Shown here: positions 22,397 to 32,881 of the stretch, in pieces
How the letters are laid out: every line of letters starts with the position of its first letter
Numbering within the stretch: position 1 is the first letter of the stretch
Assembly: GCA_963803975.1 (NCBI GenBank)
Contig: CAWDOY010000057.1
Location: forward strand, 1-54,905
Length of the DNA stretch: 54,905 nucleotides
Source of the DNA: an uncultured delta proteobacterium
Lineage (GTDB): Bacteria > Desulfobacterota > WTBG01 > CAIYCZ01
Direction: 5' to 3'
The notes under the pieces: generated by a model
Told to the model about the DNA's origin: nothing
Database searches by the model: none
The model's input: the letters and a program-made list of their open reading frames with translations, nothing else
Position numbers and translations under genes: made by a program

Positions 22397-22852
22397 ATGG
22401 ATGATCCGTTTTATGAAGAAGTATGCGCCTGGGGAGGTGTTGAGGGCGCCCCCAAATTAGAAGATCCGGGTGTAAACTGCCCGGCCCTGGTGCGGGAGCA
22501 TGCTGTCCGGCCCCGCAATTTCGGCGACATGAGTGAAGGGCTTGCCGATGGGTATGCGCTGCTTGATGATCCCGCCTGCGGCGATAAAATTGAACTATGG
22601 ATCATGATCGAAGACGGCCGCGTTTTTGACATCCGCTTTAAATCAAACGGCTGCGCTTCTACCATTGCGGTCAACAGCATGCTCACCGAGCTGGCGCTCG
22701 GGAAAACCGTGGCTGAAGCAAAGCTTCTGAATAATGCCGATATAGAAAAAGCTTTTGAGGGCGGCATTGAGCTGCAGACCGAGTGCCCGCTCGCGGGCGT
22801 GCAGGCGCTGCACCAGGCGCTTGAGCAGTACGAAAAAAAGCTGCGCAGCTGA
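22397..22852 (+). CDS. IscU/NifU-N-like scaffold protein
   Basis: PRNFG, PACGDKI, IRFKSNGCASTIA and C-terminal TECP. Confidence 0.85.
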   Translation: MDDPFYEEVCAWGGVEGAPKLEDPGVNCPALVREHAVRPRNFGDMSEGLADGYALLDDPACGDKIELWIMIEDGRVFDIRFKSNGCASTIAVNSMLTELALGKTVAEAKLLNNADIEKAFEGGIELQTECPLAGVQALHQALEQYEKKLRS

Positions 22853-22977
22853 GAAAATACCAGTCTGCTACGTGAGCAGTCTTCGAGCGGTACTTAGATA
22901 CGCCAGCTAGATTCCGCGCTTGATCAGCTTTTGTGCTGGGATGCTTTCGACAACCTGAAGGTAATCAGCTGGGAGGA

Positions 22978-23769
22978 ATGGACATTTTTGAAGAAATTGT
23001 TGCGGCAAAAAAAGCCGGCACCCCGGTGGTGCTGGCGACGGTCATAGAATCACTGGGCTCTGCTCCCCGCGAGGAGGGCGCCCGCATGCTCGTGAGGCCG
23101 GACGGCTCCACCGCGGGAACCATCGGCGGCGGCGCCATAGAAAAAAAGATTGTTGATGAAGCCCTGCAGCTCATGAGCGCGGCAACGCCTAAATTTGTCC
23201 GCTATGAGCTGAAAGACATCGGCATGTCATGCGGCGGCGGCATGAGCGTATTCCTGGAGCCGCTGCTTCCCGCGGCGCAGTTAATTATATTCGGCGCCGG
23301 CCACATCGGCAGCGCGCTTTCTCAAATCGGCAAAATGCTTGATTTCAACGTCACCGTGGTTGATAACCGGAGTGAGTTCGCAAACAAGGAGCGCCTGCCC
23401 TGGGCTGACGCAATCATTGCCGAGGACTACCAGAAGGTGCTGGAGGGTTTTGTCTCCTCTGATAACACCTATATGATAATCGTGACCCACAAGCATGCCC
23501 ATGATTTTGAAATCCTTGAGCAGCTTATCCATAAGCCGTTCCGCTATCTCGGCATGATCGGCAGCCGCACCAAGGTTGCCAAGGCGTTTCAGCAGCTGCG
23601 GGACAAGGGGATCAGTGAGGACACGATTAAAAAGATATACTCTCCGGTCGGCATCAGCATCGGGGCCAGCACGCCGGCGGAAATCGCGGTCTCCATCGCA
23701 GCGGAGCTGGTGGCGGTGCGAAGCGGCGCCAAAGCAGCGAGCCTTACTCTCAGCAACCCCCGTGCCTGA
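22978..23769 (+). CDS. XdhC/CoxI family Moco chaperone
   Basis: GSAPRE-GARM, GTIGGGAIE, CGG, FGAGH and YLGMIGSR. Start placed at ATG 22978 after GGAGG. Confidence 0.9.
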   Translation: MDIFEEIVAAKKAGTPVVLATVIESLGSAPREEGARMLVRPDGSTAGTIGGGAIEKKIVDEALQLMSAATPKFVRYELKDIGMSCGGGMSVFLEPLLPAAQLIIFGAGHIGSALSQIGKMLDFNVTVVDNRSEFANKERLPWADAIIAEDYQKVLEGFVSSDNTYMIIVTHKHAHDFEILEQLIHKPFRYLGMIGSRTKVAKAFQQLRDKGISEDTIKKIYSPVGISIGASTPAEIAVSIAAELVAVRSGAKAASLTLSNPRA

Positions 23770-23795
23770 GAATCGGGTACCAGGAACCTTTCAGT

Positions 23796-24572
23796 ATGAA
23801 CATAATCAGCCGGATAAACGACCTGCTTGCGCAGGCACAGCTGTTCTGTCTTGCCACCGTTATATCATCAAACGATGCAGCAATCCCCCCCGGACATAAG
23901 GCAATAGTATTTCCCGACGGCGTGCTCGAATACGGCACCGGACAAGCTGATATTGATGAGCTGCTACGCAGCCAGGCCCGGATGTGCTTTGCGTCGCTTA
24001 AAAAACAGACCCGCGAGATACGCCCCGGCCTGCAGGTGTTTTTTGATATCATTTCCTCACAGGCGCATCTGGTCATCTGCGGGGCAGGCCACATCGCAAT
24101 CCCGCTGGCCCGGTTCGCACGGGAGGTCGGCTTCAGCGTGACCGTACTTGATGACCGGCCGGACTTTGCAGACCAGCAGCGCTTCCCCGGATGTGAAGTC
24201 ATTGCTGAAGATTTTATCCCTGCCCTGCGGCGAATTCCCCTGAACCGTGCTACCTTTATTGTTATCATCACCCGCGGGCACGAGCATGACACCGAGTGCC
24301 TGACGGAAATCATTCCGCATGAAACAGCCTATATCGGCCTCATCGGCAGCCGCCGCAGGGTGAGCTTTGTTCTTGAGCTGCTGGCAAAGAAGGGGATACC
24401 GGCGCAGCGGCTGGCGGATGTCTGCACACCGATCGGCATTCCCATCGGCGCTGAATCACCGGAAGAGATTGCCCTCTCGATTGCAGCAGAGCTTGTCTGC
24501 GTGCGGCGCAAGGGCGTGGGTGGCCAGGCAAAGGCATTGAAGCAGCAATGCAGGTCAGGACGGCTTTATTAG
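23796..24572 (+). CDS. XdhC family protein (degenerate N-domain, intact Rossmann C-domain)
   Basis: ICGAGHIA, ITRGHEHD, YIGLIGSRRR and PIGIPIGAESPEEIALSI. Confidence 0.88.
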   Translation: MNIISRINDLLAQAQLFCLATVISSNDAAIPPGHKAIVFPDGVLEYGTGQADIDELLRSQARMCFASLKKQTREIRPGLQVFFDIISSQAHLVICGAGHIAIPLARFAREVGFSVTVLDDRPDFADQQRFPGCEVIAEDFIPALRRIPLNRATFIVIITRGHEHDTECLTEIIPHETAYIGLIGSRRRVSFVLELLAKKGIPAQRLADVCTPIGIPIGAESPEEIALSIAAELVCVRRKGVGGQAKALKQQCRSGRLY

Positions 24573-24594
24573 TCGTTAGATTCACGGGCAAGCT

Positions 24595-24916
24595 GACCGA
24601 TAAAAACTAGTATTCGAGCAGCTGGCGGATTTTCAGAAAGCAGGGCATTCCGGTATGCCTTGCAACCATTGTCAATGCAGCGGGCTCCACCCCGCGGGAG
24701 ATCGGCGCTAAAATGATTATCAGCGCGGACGGCAAGACCTGGGGCTCTGTGGGCGGCGGCTGCGGGGAGAACCAGGTGCGCAGCGCGGCGCTTCGCTGTC
24801 TGCTCACCGAGAAGAAGCCGGCGCTTATCGAGGCAGACCTCACCGATGATCTCGGCACCCGCGGCGGGGATGTGTGCGGCGGGAAGATGTTGATTTTCGT
24901 GGAACCCTACTTCTGA
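24595..24916 (+). CDS. Stand-alone XdhC/CoxI N-terminal domain protein (5' end approximate, frameshifted)
   Basis: LATIVNAAGSTPREIGAKM, GSVGGGCGE and VCGGKMLIFVEP. Confidence 0.8.
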
Positions 24917-24922
24917 TGATGA

Positions 24923-25683
24923 ATGCCCATGAATATTGTTGATGCGTTTGATGTAGAGCCTTCTCAGCACGAGCTTATCTGCCTGGTGGGGGCCGGGGGG
25001 AAAACAACCACCATGTTTGCTTTGGCGCAGGAATTGAAATCCCGCGGCAAGAGCGTTCTCGTCACCACCACCACCAATATATACTATCCTTCTGCAAGCG
25101 AGTGTGATGAAGTCATCATTAGACGGCTCAGCGGATACCAACATCCTGAAGCATGCGGAACCGGGAAGAATTATCTGCCTTGGCGGCGATATTATTAAAG
25201 AGCGGAAGCTCTCTGGAATTGACCGGGAATGTATCGCGAAGCTGCACGAGGGAAAAAGGTTTGACTGCATACTGGTCGAGTGCGACGGCGCCAAGCACAA
25301 GCCCATAAAAGCTCCTGCCGCCTATGAGCCGGTTGTGCCGGACAATGCCACGAAGGCCATCGGCGTGATCGGCCTTGATGCTGTCGGAAATCCCATCACA
25401 GATGATTATGTGCACCGTCTGGAGCAGTTCTGCGACGTGGTGCAGCGCCGGCCGGGAGAAATGATTGATGAGGAAGCAGTGGTCGAGCTGATAGTGTCTG
25501 CGCAGGGGCTTTTCAAGGGTGTGCCGGATGGGTGCAAAAAATATGTGGTGCTTAATAAAGCGGAAGATGCCCGGCGGAAAGCCTAGTGCGGGAAATATCC
25601 TTATCAGTCTTCTGAAACGGGACAGCATTCCGGTCACAAAATGTGTGATAGCCGCCATGGCCCGTAACAGAATATATCCATAA
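24923..25683 (+). CDS. yqeC: Selenium cofactor biosynthesis protein YqeC (frameshifted)
   Basis: VGAGGKTT, VLVTTTT, LVECDGAKHKPIKAP--YEPVVP and VLNKAE. Confidence 0.9.
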
Positions 25684-25696
25684 CCCGGAAACCTTT

Positions 25697-26276
25697 ATGA
25701 TTTCAGGTATTATCCTGGCGTCCGGTTTCTCAAAGCGCATGGAGCAGGAAAAGCTCCTGCTGCCGGTTGGCGGCATTGCCCTGGTGGAGCGGGTTATCCG
25801 GGCTGCCCAGGCATCACGTCTTGACGAAGTTATCCTGATATATCAAAAGGAAGAAATAGAGAAAATCGGGAGAAAATACGGGATAAAAGCGGTGTATAAC
25901 AGCCGGGCGGATGAAGGGCAGAGCGCTGCCATAAAGCTGGGGATACATACGGCCCATCCGGAGACAGACGCGTTTATGTTCATGGTGGGAGACCAGCCCT
26001 TCTTAAACCCTTCCACCATAAATATATTAATAGACACCTTCCACCAGGACCCTCACTCAATCATCGTTCCCGTCTATAGCGGCATCCAGGGGAAACCCGG
26101 TACTATTCCCCGCAGTGATGAAAGAACTTCTCCTTACCTTAGAGGGAGACCGGGGCGGCCGGGTGCTCATTGATAGTATGCCGGAGCGGGTGAACCTGGT
26201 GAGCATCGATGAAGAGATGTCAGGCGCTGATATTGATACTGCAGAGGACTACTTGAGGATCAAGGATAACAATTGA
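25697..26276 (+). CDS. mocA: Molybdenum cofactor cytidylyltransferase (MocA/YgfJ family), frameshifted
   Basis: IILASGFSKRM--EKLLL, GQSAAIKLG, VGDQP, GDRGGR and DIDT-EDY. Confidence 0.88.
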
Positions 26277-26542
26277 TATTCTTAATTGGTAAAAGGCTGA
26301 TTTCGCCTTTACAACTCTCGAAGCTGGGTTTTAATTTTATCTGACAAGCGCAGATTACCAAATCGATCCTCGAAATGAGATGATCACGCTGGTGAGTTTC
26401 GTCAATGACAAGTAAGCTATATTTTTAGGAGTTTAATGCATTCATCTGGTAAGCAGTAAAAGAGAGGCAAGTGCGGAAGAAGATTATAGCAGCAAGTAGC
26501 AACTTTTTGTGAATAACCAGTAACCACAATATATCTATGCAG

Positions 26543-26575
26543 AAACGGCAGGGCCAGTGCTTACCCTGCCGTTTT
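26543..26575. terminator. Likely bidirectional terminator between convergent genes
   Basis: AAACGGCAGGG-N9-CCCTGCCGTTTT. Confidence 0.7.
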
Positions 26576-26599
26576 GTTTCAAATTTGATGACAATTACT

Positions 26600-28977
26600 C
26601 TATTTCACAAATATCCCGAAGAGCATCCTTGGTGTAGCATTCACTGGTCCATGCATGACTGACTTACCGTTCATGTCTATGTCTTCCAACTTATAATAGT
26701 AGGTCTTTCTATTTCTTACCTCTGTATCTATAAATTCGTATGATGCACCATTTGTGGGTGATCCTTTGGCTGGGATTAATGCAGTATTTATTTTAAAATA
26801 TTCCCCGTTCTTTTTATCAGAACGGTACATATTGAATTCGGCGTTGTCCAGTTCGCTTGCAGTGCCCCACTGTATAGAAACAGAGCGGTCACCGGGCACA
26901 GCAATAAATTCAGTAATGGTGACAAGAACTGGGGGCACGGTAGTGGTCGTCGTTGTCGTACCAGTAAACTCTACGATACCTTTCCATACGCCTTGATCTC
27001 CAGCACAGAAAATCGTGTGATCATCAGTAAATCTGTTTGATACTATAATTGAGCCTATATAAATATCTTGCCCTAAGCCTGTCGTGTCCAAGGTTTCCCA
27101 CGTTCGTCCTCCATCTCGTGACAGTGCGATAAGATGTGTGATCCTGTATAGGTACTAAGGAAAAGGGTTCGGTCTTGCTCAAACGATGGTGAAATTCCTA
27201 TCGCTGATGCATCGCGGGGATATATTTGCTGCCAGTTTGCTCCGGCATCTGTAGAACGATACGTACCTTGAGAATATACGCTTGCAATGATTGTCCTATC
27301 ATTTGCAAAGTCAGGAGAAACCGCCAGTGCAGAAATTGATGGTCCCAAATAGCCCGGGGTTACTGGCAGACCTTGTTTTGCAGCTACCCAGCTTGTGCCG
27401 CTATTGGTCGATTTAAAAACTCCTCGATTATTACAGCCGGCAAAAAGTGTCTGATCGTTTACATGGTCAGGTGATATTTCAATTTTATTTATTGCAGGAT
27501 CACGTAAGCCCTCACTCGATTGAATCCATGAAATACCAGCATCAGTGGATTTATGAACACCACTGTTACCAGCTATAAAAAGAGTCTGATCAATAGTATA
27601 ATTGGGAGAAATTGCAATGTCCCACCATGCTGTAAACGGTAGGCCATTATCAATCCTGAGCCATGAAATCCCGCCATCTGTTGATTTGTGTACATAATAT
27701 TCATTCCAGCTTGCGGCAAAGATGGTCCGATCACTACTATAATCAGGGGACAGAGCTATAATTCCACCCACATTGCCGCCCCGATTTGACCATTCTTGCT
27801 CATTGCTTGTGATCTGGAATACATCATTTCCGTCAGCACCCGCCAGAAGTTCATATGAACCACCGGTTTCCTGATATATCGCTAATGAGGATAAACGCCG
27901 AGGGATGTTCATGTTGCCATTCGCTATATGCCACGAGGTCCCGCCGTCTTTTGTTTTGAATAGTCCGGGACCGTCTTCGTTAACGCCAAAACCGGCAAAC
28001 ACTGTCCCATCAGTTGCGTACTCGGGTGAAATGCAAAGAGACTGCACCCATTCCCGCGGCAGTCCTCCCGCACATGGAAGCCAATTAGTGCCACCGTCTG
28101 TTGATTTCAGCACTTCTCCCGGGATCGTGCCGCCAAAGATGGTCTGGTCAGCAGAAAAAAGAGGAGAGATCGCAAAACTTGCGATACCGTAGCTGCCGAT
28201 GATATTCCAGGTTAGACCCCCATCTGTTGATTTATACGCCGGTCCATTCCATAATCCGAAGAGCACTGTTTTATCTGCAGCATAGTTCGGTGAAATCACT
28301 AAAGCCGTTGGATAGTCATTTCCGGGAAAGCTTAAAACACTTAGCCATCCCATCTCACTGTTTTCTGATTTAAAAATTCCTGAATCTGTTCCGGCAAACA
28401 GAGTATTGTCGTTTTTAAAATCCGGAGATACCGCAAGAGATACAACGCTTAAATCTGTAAGACCATTATTCTGTGCCGACCATGTCAACCCGCCATCAGT
28501 AGACACCGCAATTCCTTCATCCCACGTGCTCCCGCCAAACACCGTCAGGTCATCGGCATAATTGGGAGATACTGCAACAGATGAACATCTTATAGGTGCA
28601 TTGGCAGTGTGCCAAGCAATACCCCCATCAGTTGACTTTAACAGGCCATCGCTGTGTCCGGCAAAAATAGTCTGATCCGTCAGAAAGCTCTTTGTCATAG
28701 CAAGATCCTGGGCATAGTAAGGACCATATGAGAATAAATTTAGCCATGTTTCCCCACTGTTTGTGGATTTAAAGACACCAGCACTTGTTGCAATAAAAAT
28801 AGTATGATCAATCTTATATGCAGATGAGATTTGTATATCTATTATCTCTCCACCATAAAGGCCTTCTGTTGTCCATGCAACAGGGACAGTGGGTTCTGCT
28901 GACCATGCAGCAAAATTTAAAAACACCGGTACTATCAAACTAAGTATAATGATTGCAGAAATCATCCTGTTTTTCAT
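26600..28977 (-). CDS. Secreted Asp-box (BNR)/sortilin-like beta-propeller protein with Thr linker and C-terminal FN3-like domain (frameshift ~27100)
   Basis: Signal peptide and about 12 repeats of SP-Y--D-T-FAG...GVFKSTDGG-TW. ORF 26600..27091 supplies the C-terminal ...ATPRMLFGIFVK domain. Confidence 0.8.
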
Positions 28978-29149
28978 GGATGTATCTCCTTTATGGAAAT
29001 TAAAAAGCCCTCACCAGCAACAATTGCTGATTGAGAGCTTATCCTTGAACTACTTTATAATTTCCCTCTTTCATTTCAATCACCTTTTTTGCCCCTCTTA
29101 GTTTCTGCCTATGACTTCAACTAAGTGAGCGACTTACGAAATTATCATT

Positions 29150-29178
29150 ATTATGCGCTTATGGTTTTTGGCTGTCAA
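29150..29178 (-). promoter_or_regulatory. Sigma70 promoter for the beta-propeller gene
   Basis: Minus strand TTGACA-17 nt-CATAAT. Confidence 0.55.
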
Positions 29179-29378
29179 TCTATTAATCCGGCAAGAATCC
29201 TACATATTGTGGTGGGCATTAGAGGCAAAAAAGAGAAGCTTATGTATCAGCAGCGAAAGAAGTTTTGCAGCCAAAATCCATAGATGACTTCTTTTGCAAA
29301 GCATTACTGGCGGAAAAAAACCATAGCAGAAGTTTCGACTTTTTATAATTCAGGACACCGCATGGATTTTCATTTTTC

Positions 29379-29406
29379 TTGACAGGTGTAAGGAAACAAT
29401 TATATA
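29379..29406 (+). promoter_or_regulatory. Sigma70-type promoter upstream of riboswitch 4
   Basis: TTGACA at 29379 with TATATA 16 nt downstream. Confidence 0.5.
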
Positions 29407-29425
29407 TGGACAGAAGAAATAGAAC

Positions 29426-29522
29426 CTCTCCGAGCCATTTTATTCTAATGCATTACGCTATGAGCAATGGCCGATACGGCAGTATCTGAAAAGGTGCTGC
29501 CTCCCGTGTTTGGAAAGGAGAG
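29426..29522 (+). ncRNA. Moco-class riboswitch aptamer 4 (P3-less)
   Basis: CTCTCCGAGCC...TCTAATGC-GCTATGA...GGCC...CTGAAAAG...GCCTCCCGTGTTTGGAAAGGAGAG. Confidence 0.9.
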
Positions 29523-29544
29523 AAGAGAGACGAGATGTTTTCAG

Positions 29545-29577
29545 GCCAATATCCCAAACACGGTATTGGCTTTTTTT
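29545..29577 (+). terminator. Riboswitch 4 terminator
   Basis: GCCAATATC/GGTATTGGCTTTTTTT with CCAAACACGG anti-P5. Confidence 0.85.
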
Positions 29578-29629
29578 ATTTTCACCGACTTACCCTTATT
29601 ATCTCTCCCGTGCATGCGAAGGAATGACC

Positions 29630-31042
29630 ATGAAAAACCTGCTGCTCCGTATCGCTGTACTTATTTTTCTTGCCTCTCCAGCTCTGACTTTTGCCGGCCC
29701 GCTGGCAGACCAGAAACTCCTCGAATTTCTGAAAAAGAACGGGGCCCTGACCGAGGAGCAGGTGCGGGAAATCAAAGCGACCCTTGATGCAGAAGATAAG
29801 CAGGAGGTGAAAAAACAGGAGCAGAAAGATGCCAAGCAGGTAACCGCAGCCTATGACGACGGCCTGCATTTCCGCACCAATGATAAAAGTTTTGATATCA
29901 GCCTCGGCGGTTTAATACAAACAGATTTCACGCTGTTTGAGCGCCATTATCCCATAAAGAATGACTTTGATATCAGGCGGGCGCGCTTATTTATGGCGGG
30001 CAGGCTCTTCAGGGATTTTAATTTCAAATTCGAAGGCGAGTTTGAGGGCTCCAGCAACAACCGGCTGGTTGATGCGTACATGAATTATGAGTATTTCCCC
30101 TATATCAAATTTCAGGTTGGGCAGTTCAAGGAGCCCTACAGCCTGGAGCAGCTGGTCGCTGACAAAAACCTTTTCTTCAACGAGCGGTCCTTCGGCTACT
30201 ACCTTACCCCGGGCAGGGATGTGGGGTTTATGATATACGGCAACCTGCTGAAAGATTCAGTCCTGTACAGCGCCGGGGTGTTTAATGGTGACGGCACTGA
30301 CGCGTACCGCCGGGGCCAGGCCAATGATAAGCAGGTAACCGGACGTGTGGTCATTGTACCATTTAAAAATTTCGGCCCCGCGCTGCTTAACGGGCTGCAG
30401 CTCGGCGGAAGCTTTCTCTACTCCAACCCCGACACCTCGGATTTTAAAATTAACATTAAGACACCCGCCCAGACCACCTTCTTTTCCGTGGCAGCTCAGA
30501 CCAAGTTCAATGTCCTGCAGGATATCGGCAAGCTACACGGAATGAATTTTGATGTAGCCTATACGTACGGCCCGTTTGCGATCACGGGCGAGTTCTTCAA
30601 AAACAATTACACGCGGCTCAAATATACTGACACCGAGCCGTTCAATTTTTCTCTCAGGGCCTGGTATGTAAACATGTTTTACATGCTCACCGGCGAACAC
30701 CCGGTATTCAAAAACGGCCTTCTGCAGGGGATAACGCCGAAATGCAATTTTGATGTGCGGCAGCGCAGGTGGGGAGCGCTGGGCATCGGTTTTCAATATC
30801 AGCAGTTCAGCGGGTCCCCGATTGTCTATTCATACCTGGTTGAGCCGGGTGACAGCGTCAGAAGAGCTACTTCCTTTACCGTGGCTTTGAACTGGTATTT
30901 GAACCAGCTGATGCGGTTTTCACTTGATTACAGCAGAACGTGGTTCAGCCAGCCGCTCTATTACGGAACAGACCCTGAGGGAATCGCTTATTATGATGAC
31001 ATGGAAAACGCATGGGTAATGAGATTTCAGCTGGCATTCTGA
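29630..31042 (+). CDS. OprO/OprP-like anion-selective porin
   Basis: Signal peptide from ATG 29630; FDIRRARL, LVDAY, GQFKEPYSLE, PGRDVG, ALNWYLN and C-terminal RFQLAF. Confidence 0.85.
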   Translation: MKNLLLRIAVLIFLASPALTFAGPLADQKLLEFLKKNGALTEEQVREIKATLDAEDKQEVKKQEQKDAKQVTAAYDDGLHFRTNDKSFDISLGGLIQTDFTLFERHYPIKNDFDIRRARLFMAGRLFRDFNFKFEGEFEGSSNNRLVDAYMNYEYFPYIKFQVGQFKEPYSLEQLVADKNLFFNERSFGYYLTPGRDVGFMIYGNLLKDSVLYSAGVFNGDGTDAYRRGQANDKQVTGRVVIVPFKNFGPALLNGLQLGGSFLYSNPDTSDFKINIKTPAQTTFFSVAAQTKFNVLQDIGKLHGMNFDVAYTYGPFAITGEFFKNNYTRLKYTDTEPFNFSLRAWYVNMFYMLTGEHPVFKNGLLQGITPKCNFDVRQRRWGALGIGFQYQQFSGSPIVYSYLVEPGDSVRRATSFTVALNWYLNQLMRFSLDYSRTWFSQPLYYGTDPEGIAYYDDMENAWVMRFQLAF

Positions 31043-31065
31043 CAAAACAATTGAAAGGAGTTTTC

Positions 31066-32856
31066 ATGAAAAAGAAACTGGTTGTACTGAGCATGTTCTT
31101 CCTGGTTATCTGTGGCAATGGCGCCTATGCCGCCTATTTTCACATGGGAGAGGCGGATGCGCCCAAGTTCCAGCAAGCCTACCCAGATTTAAAGGATTCA
31201 AAACTTGACGACTGCACCCTGTGTCACCAGGGAGGTTCCTATGTGGATACCGGCAATAAAACCAGGACCCTGGGTACCTGCCAGTGGTGTCATTACACCT
31301 ATGGCTATGATGCATCAGGCGATATTACAAAAACCATAAACCCTTATGGAAAGGATTATTTAAATGCCGGAAGAAGCGTAAGCGCTTTTGCCTCAATCGA
31401 GAGCAAAGATTCGGATGGCGATACCTACACCAACAAGCAGGAGATTGCAGCGCTGGCTTTTCCCGGTGATCCGGAGGACAATCCCGGCAAGGTCCCCGCG
31501 CCCCGGATAACCTACAGCCTGGATGAAATAAAAAATAATCTGCCCCGCCACAAGCAATTTCTCCTCATGAACACCAACCGGGCGGGTGACTGGTATGCAG
31601 AGTATGAAGGTGTGCCCCTGTATGATCTTCTTATAGATGCAGGCATGGATGAGGCAACCACCACCGGCGTAGCGGTATTTTCGCCGGACGGGTTTTCCTA
31701 TGTCTATGATTTAAAACCCGGAGGAGCGTCCTATTATGTCAAGGGCACCTATCCGCCGGCCTCATTTTACTATGATGTTGAGGCAGATAAAGCAAATGGC
31801 GGGTGGTGTAATTATACAGCGCCATCATGCAGGGGAAGACAGCAGGGTGACAAGATCACCGTAGACGGGGAGCTGCAGCTTATCCTTGCGTATCTCAGGG
31901 ATGGCGCGGATCTGGTGCCGGGCTATCTTGATGAAGAGAACAAATTAGGTCTTGACAGTGAGGGCCCGTTCAGAACCGTGGTGCCGCAGATAATTCCCGG
32001 CCCGCCTGACCAGCTGTCAACCGCGGCCACCCAGGATGTTGTCTGGCCCTATGACCGGGACGCTGACCATAACGCCGGATTTTCAGAGCGAGCCGTTGTG
32101 GCAATACGCGTTGAGCCGCTGCCGGAAGGCACGGCAGATTTCAACTGGTATGAAGGCGGATGGGGTTATGTTGATGACAAACAGGTCATCATCTACGGAA
32201 ACCTTGCTCATGGCACCATCTCCGGCACGGTGAAGGATGCTGCCACCCAGAACCCGATTGAAAAAGCCACCGTTACTGCTGATAAAGGCGGCTACTCTGC
32301 GCGCACCGACGCTGCCGGAACCTTCAGTATCCCCGGCGTTGTTGTCGGCTCTTACACCCTGACGGTTTCAGCCAGCGGCTATCAGACAAAAACAGCGTCT
32401 GTGACCGTGGCTAAAGATGAGACTGAGATTGCTGACTTCAGCCTCAGCGCGGGGAGCGACACAACCTGCCCGGCTGAATCAGTTGCCGGTGCGGACAAGG
32501 GGCTGCTTGCGCTGCTGCGCTCATACCGCGACCGGGTTCTCTCGCGGAACAGTTTAGGTAAACAGTACACTACGATTTATTATATTCATGCCGCAGAGAT
32601 GACCTCGCTGGCGATTTTCAACAAGGCCGTCAGGGAAAAGATGGCTGCAGCACTCTATGCTGTAGCGCCGTCGATTAGAGCCAGCCTGCAGGGAGGCGGT
32701 CTGACGGTGAACGCAGCGCAGCGGCAAAAAATAATTGATTGTATTCAGGCAATTAAAAAGGCGGCCAGCCCGAAGCTGAAGGCAGCCCTTGCCCTGCTTG
32801 AGAAAAATCTGGGCGACGGAACTCTTGCGGCAGGGCTTGGTATCGCTTTTAAATAA
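31066..32856 (+). CDS. Secreted diheme cytochrome c protein (GEGP-motif diheme type) with carboxypeptidase-regulatory-like and CFI-box-CTERM-like domains
   Basis: Signal peptide; CTLCH and CQWCH; NPYG-DY; DSDGD; SEGPFRTVVPQ; GTISGTVKD...GSYTLTVSASGY; CPAE...LRSYRD-VL---LG-----YY. Confidence 0.75.
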   Translation: MKKKLVVLSMFFLVICGNGAYAAYFHMGEADAPKFQQAYPDLKDSKLDDCTLCHQGGSYVDTGNKTRTLGTCQWCHYTYGYDASGDITKTINPYGKDYLNAGRSVSAFASIESKDSDGDTYTNKQEIAALAFPGDPEDNPGKVPAPRITYSLDEIKNNLPRHKQFLLMNTNRAGDWYAEYEGVPLYDLLIDAGMDEATTTGVAVFSPDGFSYVYDLKPGGASYYVKGTYPPASFYYDVEADKANGGWCNYTAPSCRGRQQGDKITVDGELQLILAYLRDGADLVPGYLDEENKLGLDSEGPFRTVVPQIIPGPPDQLSTAATQDVVWPYDRDADHNAGFSERAVVAIRVEPLPEGTADFNWYEGGWGYVDDKQVIIYGNLAHGTISGTVKDAATQNPIEKATVTADKGGYSARTDAAGTFSIPGVVVGSYTLTVSASGYQTKTASVTVAKDETEIADFSLSAGSDTTCPAESVAGADKGLLALLRSYRDRVLSRNSLGKQYTTIYYIHAAEMTSLAIFNKAVREKMAAALYAVAPSIRASLQGGGLTVNAAQRQKIIDCIQAIKKAASPKLKAALALLEKNLGDGTLAAGLGIAFK

Positions 32857-32881
32857 CCGGCAATAATGCACGGAGGCAGCT

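Noticed and set aside
29198..29215. NrdR-box-like motifs (also near 7497 and 26522)
   Set aside because: Single degenerate copies and no ribonucleotide reductase genes nearby.
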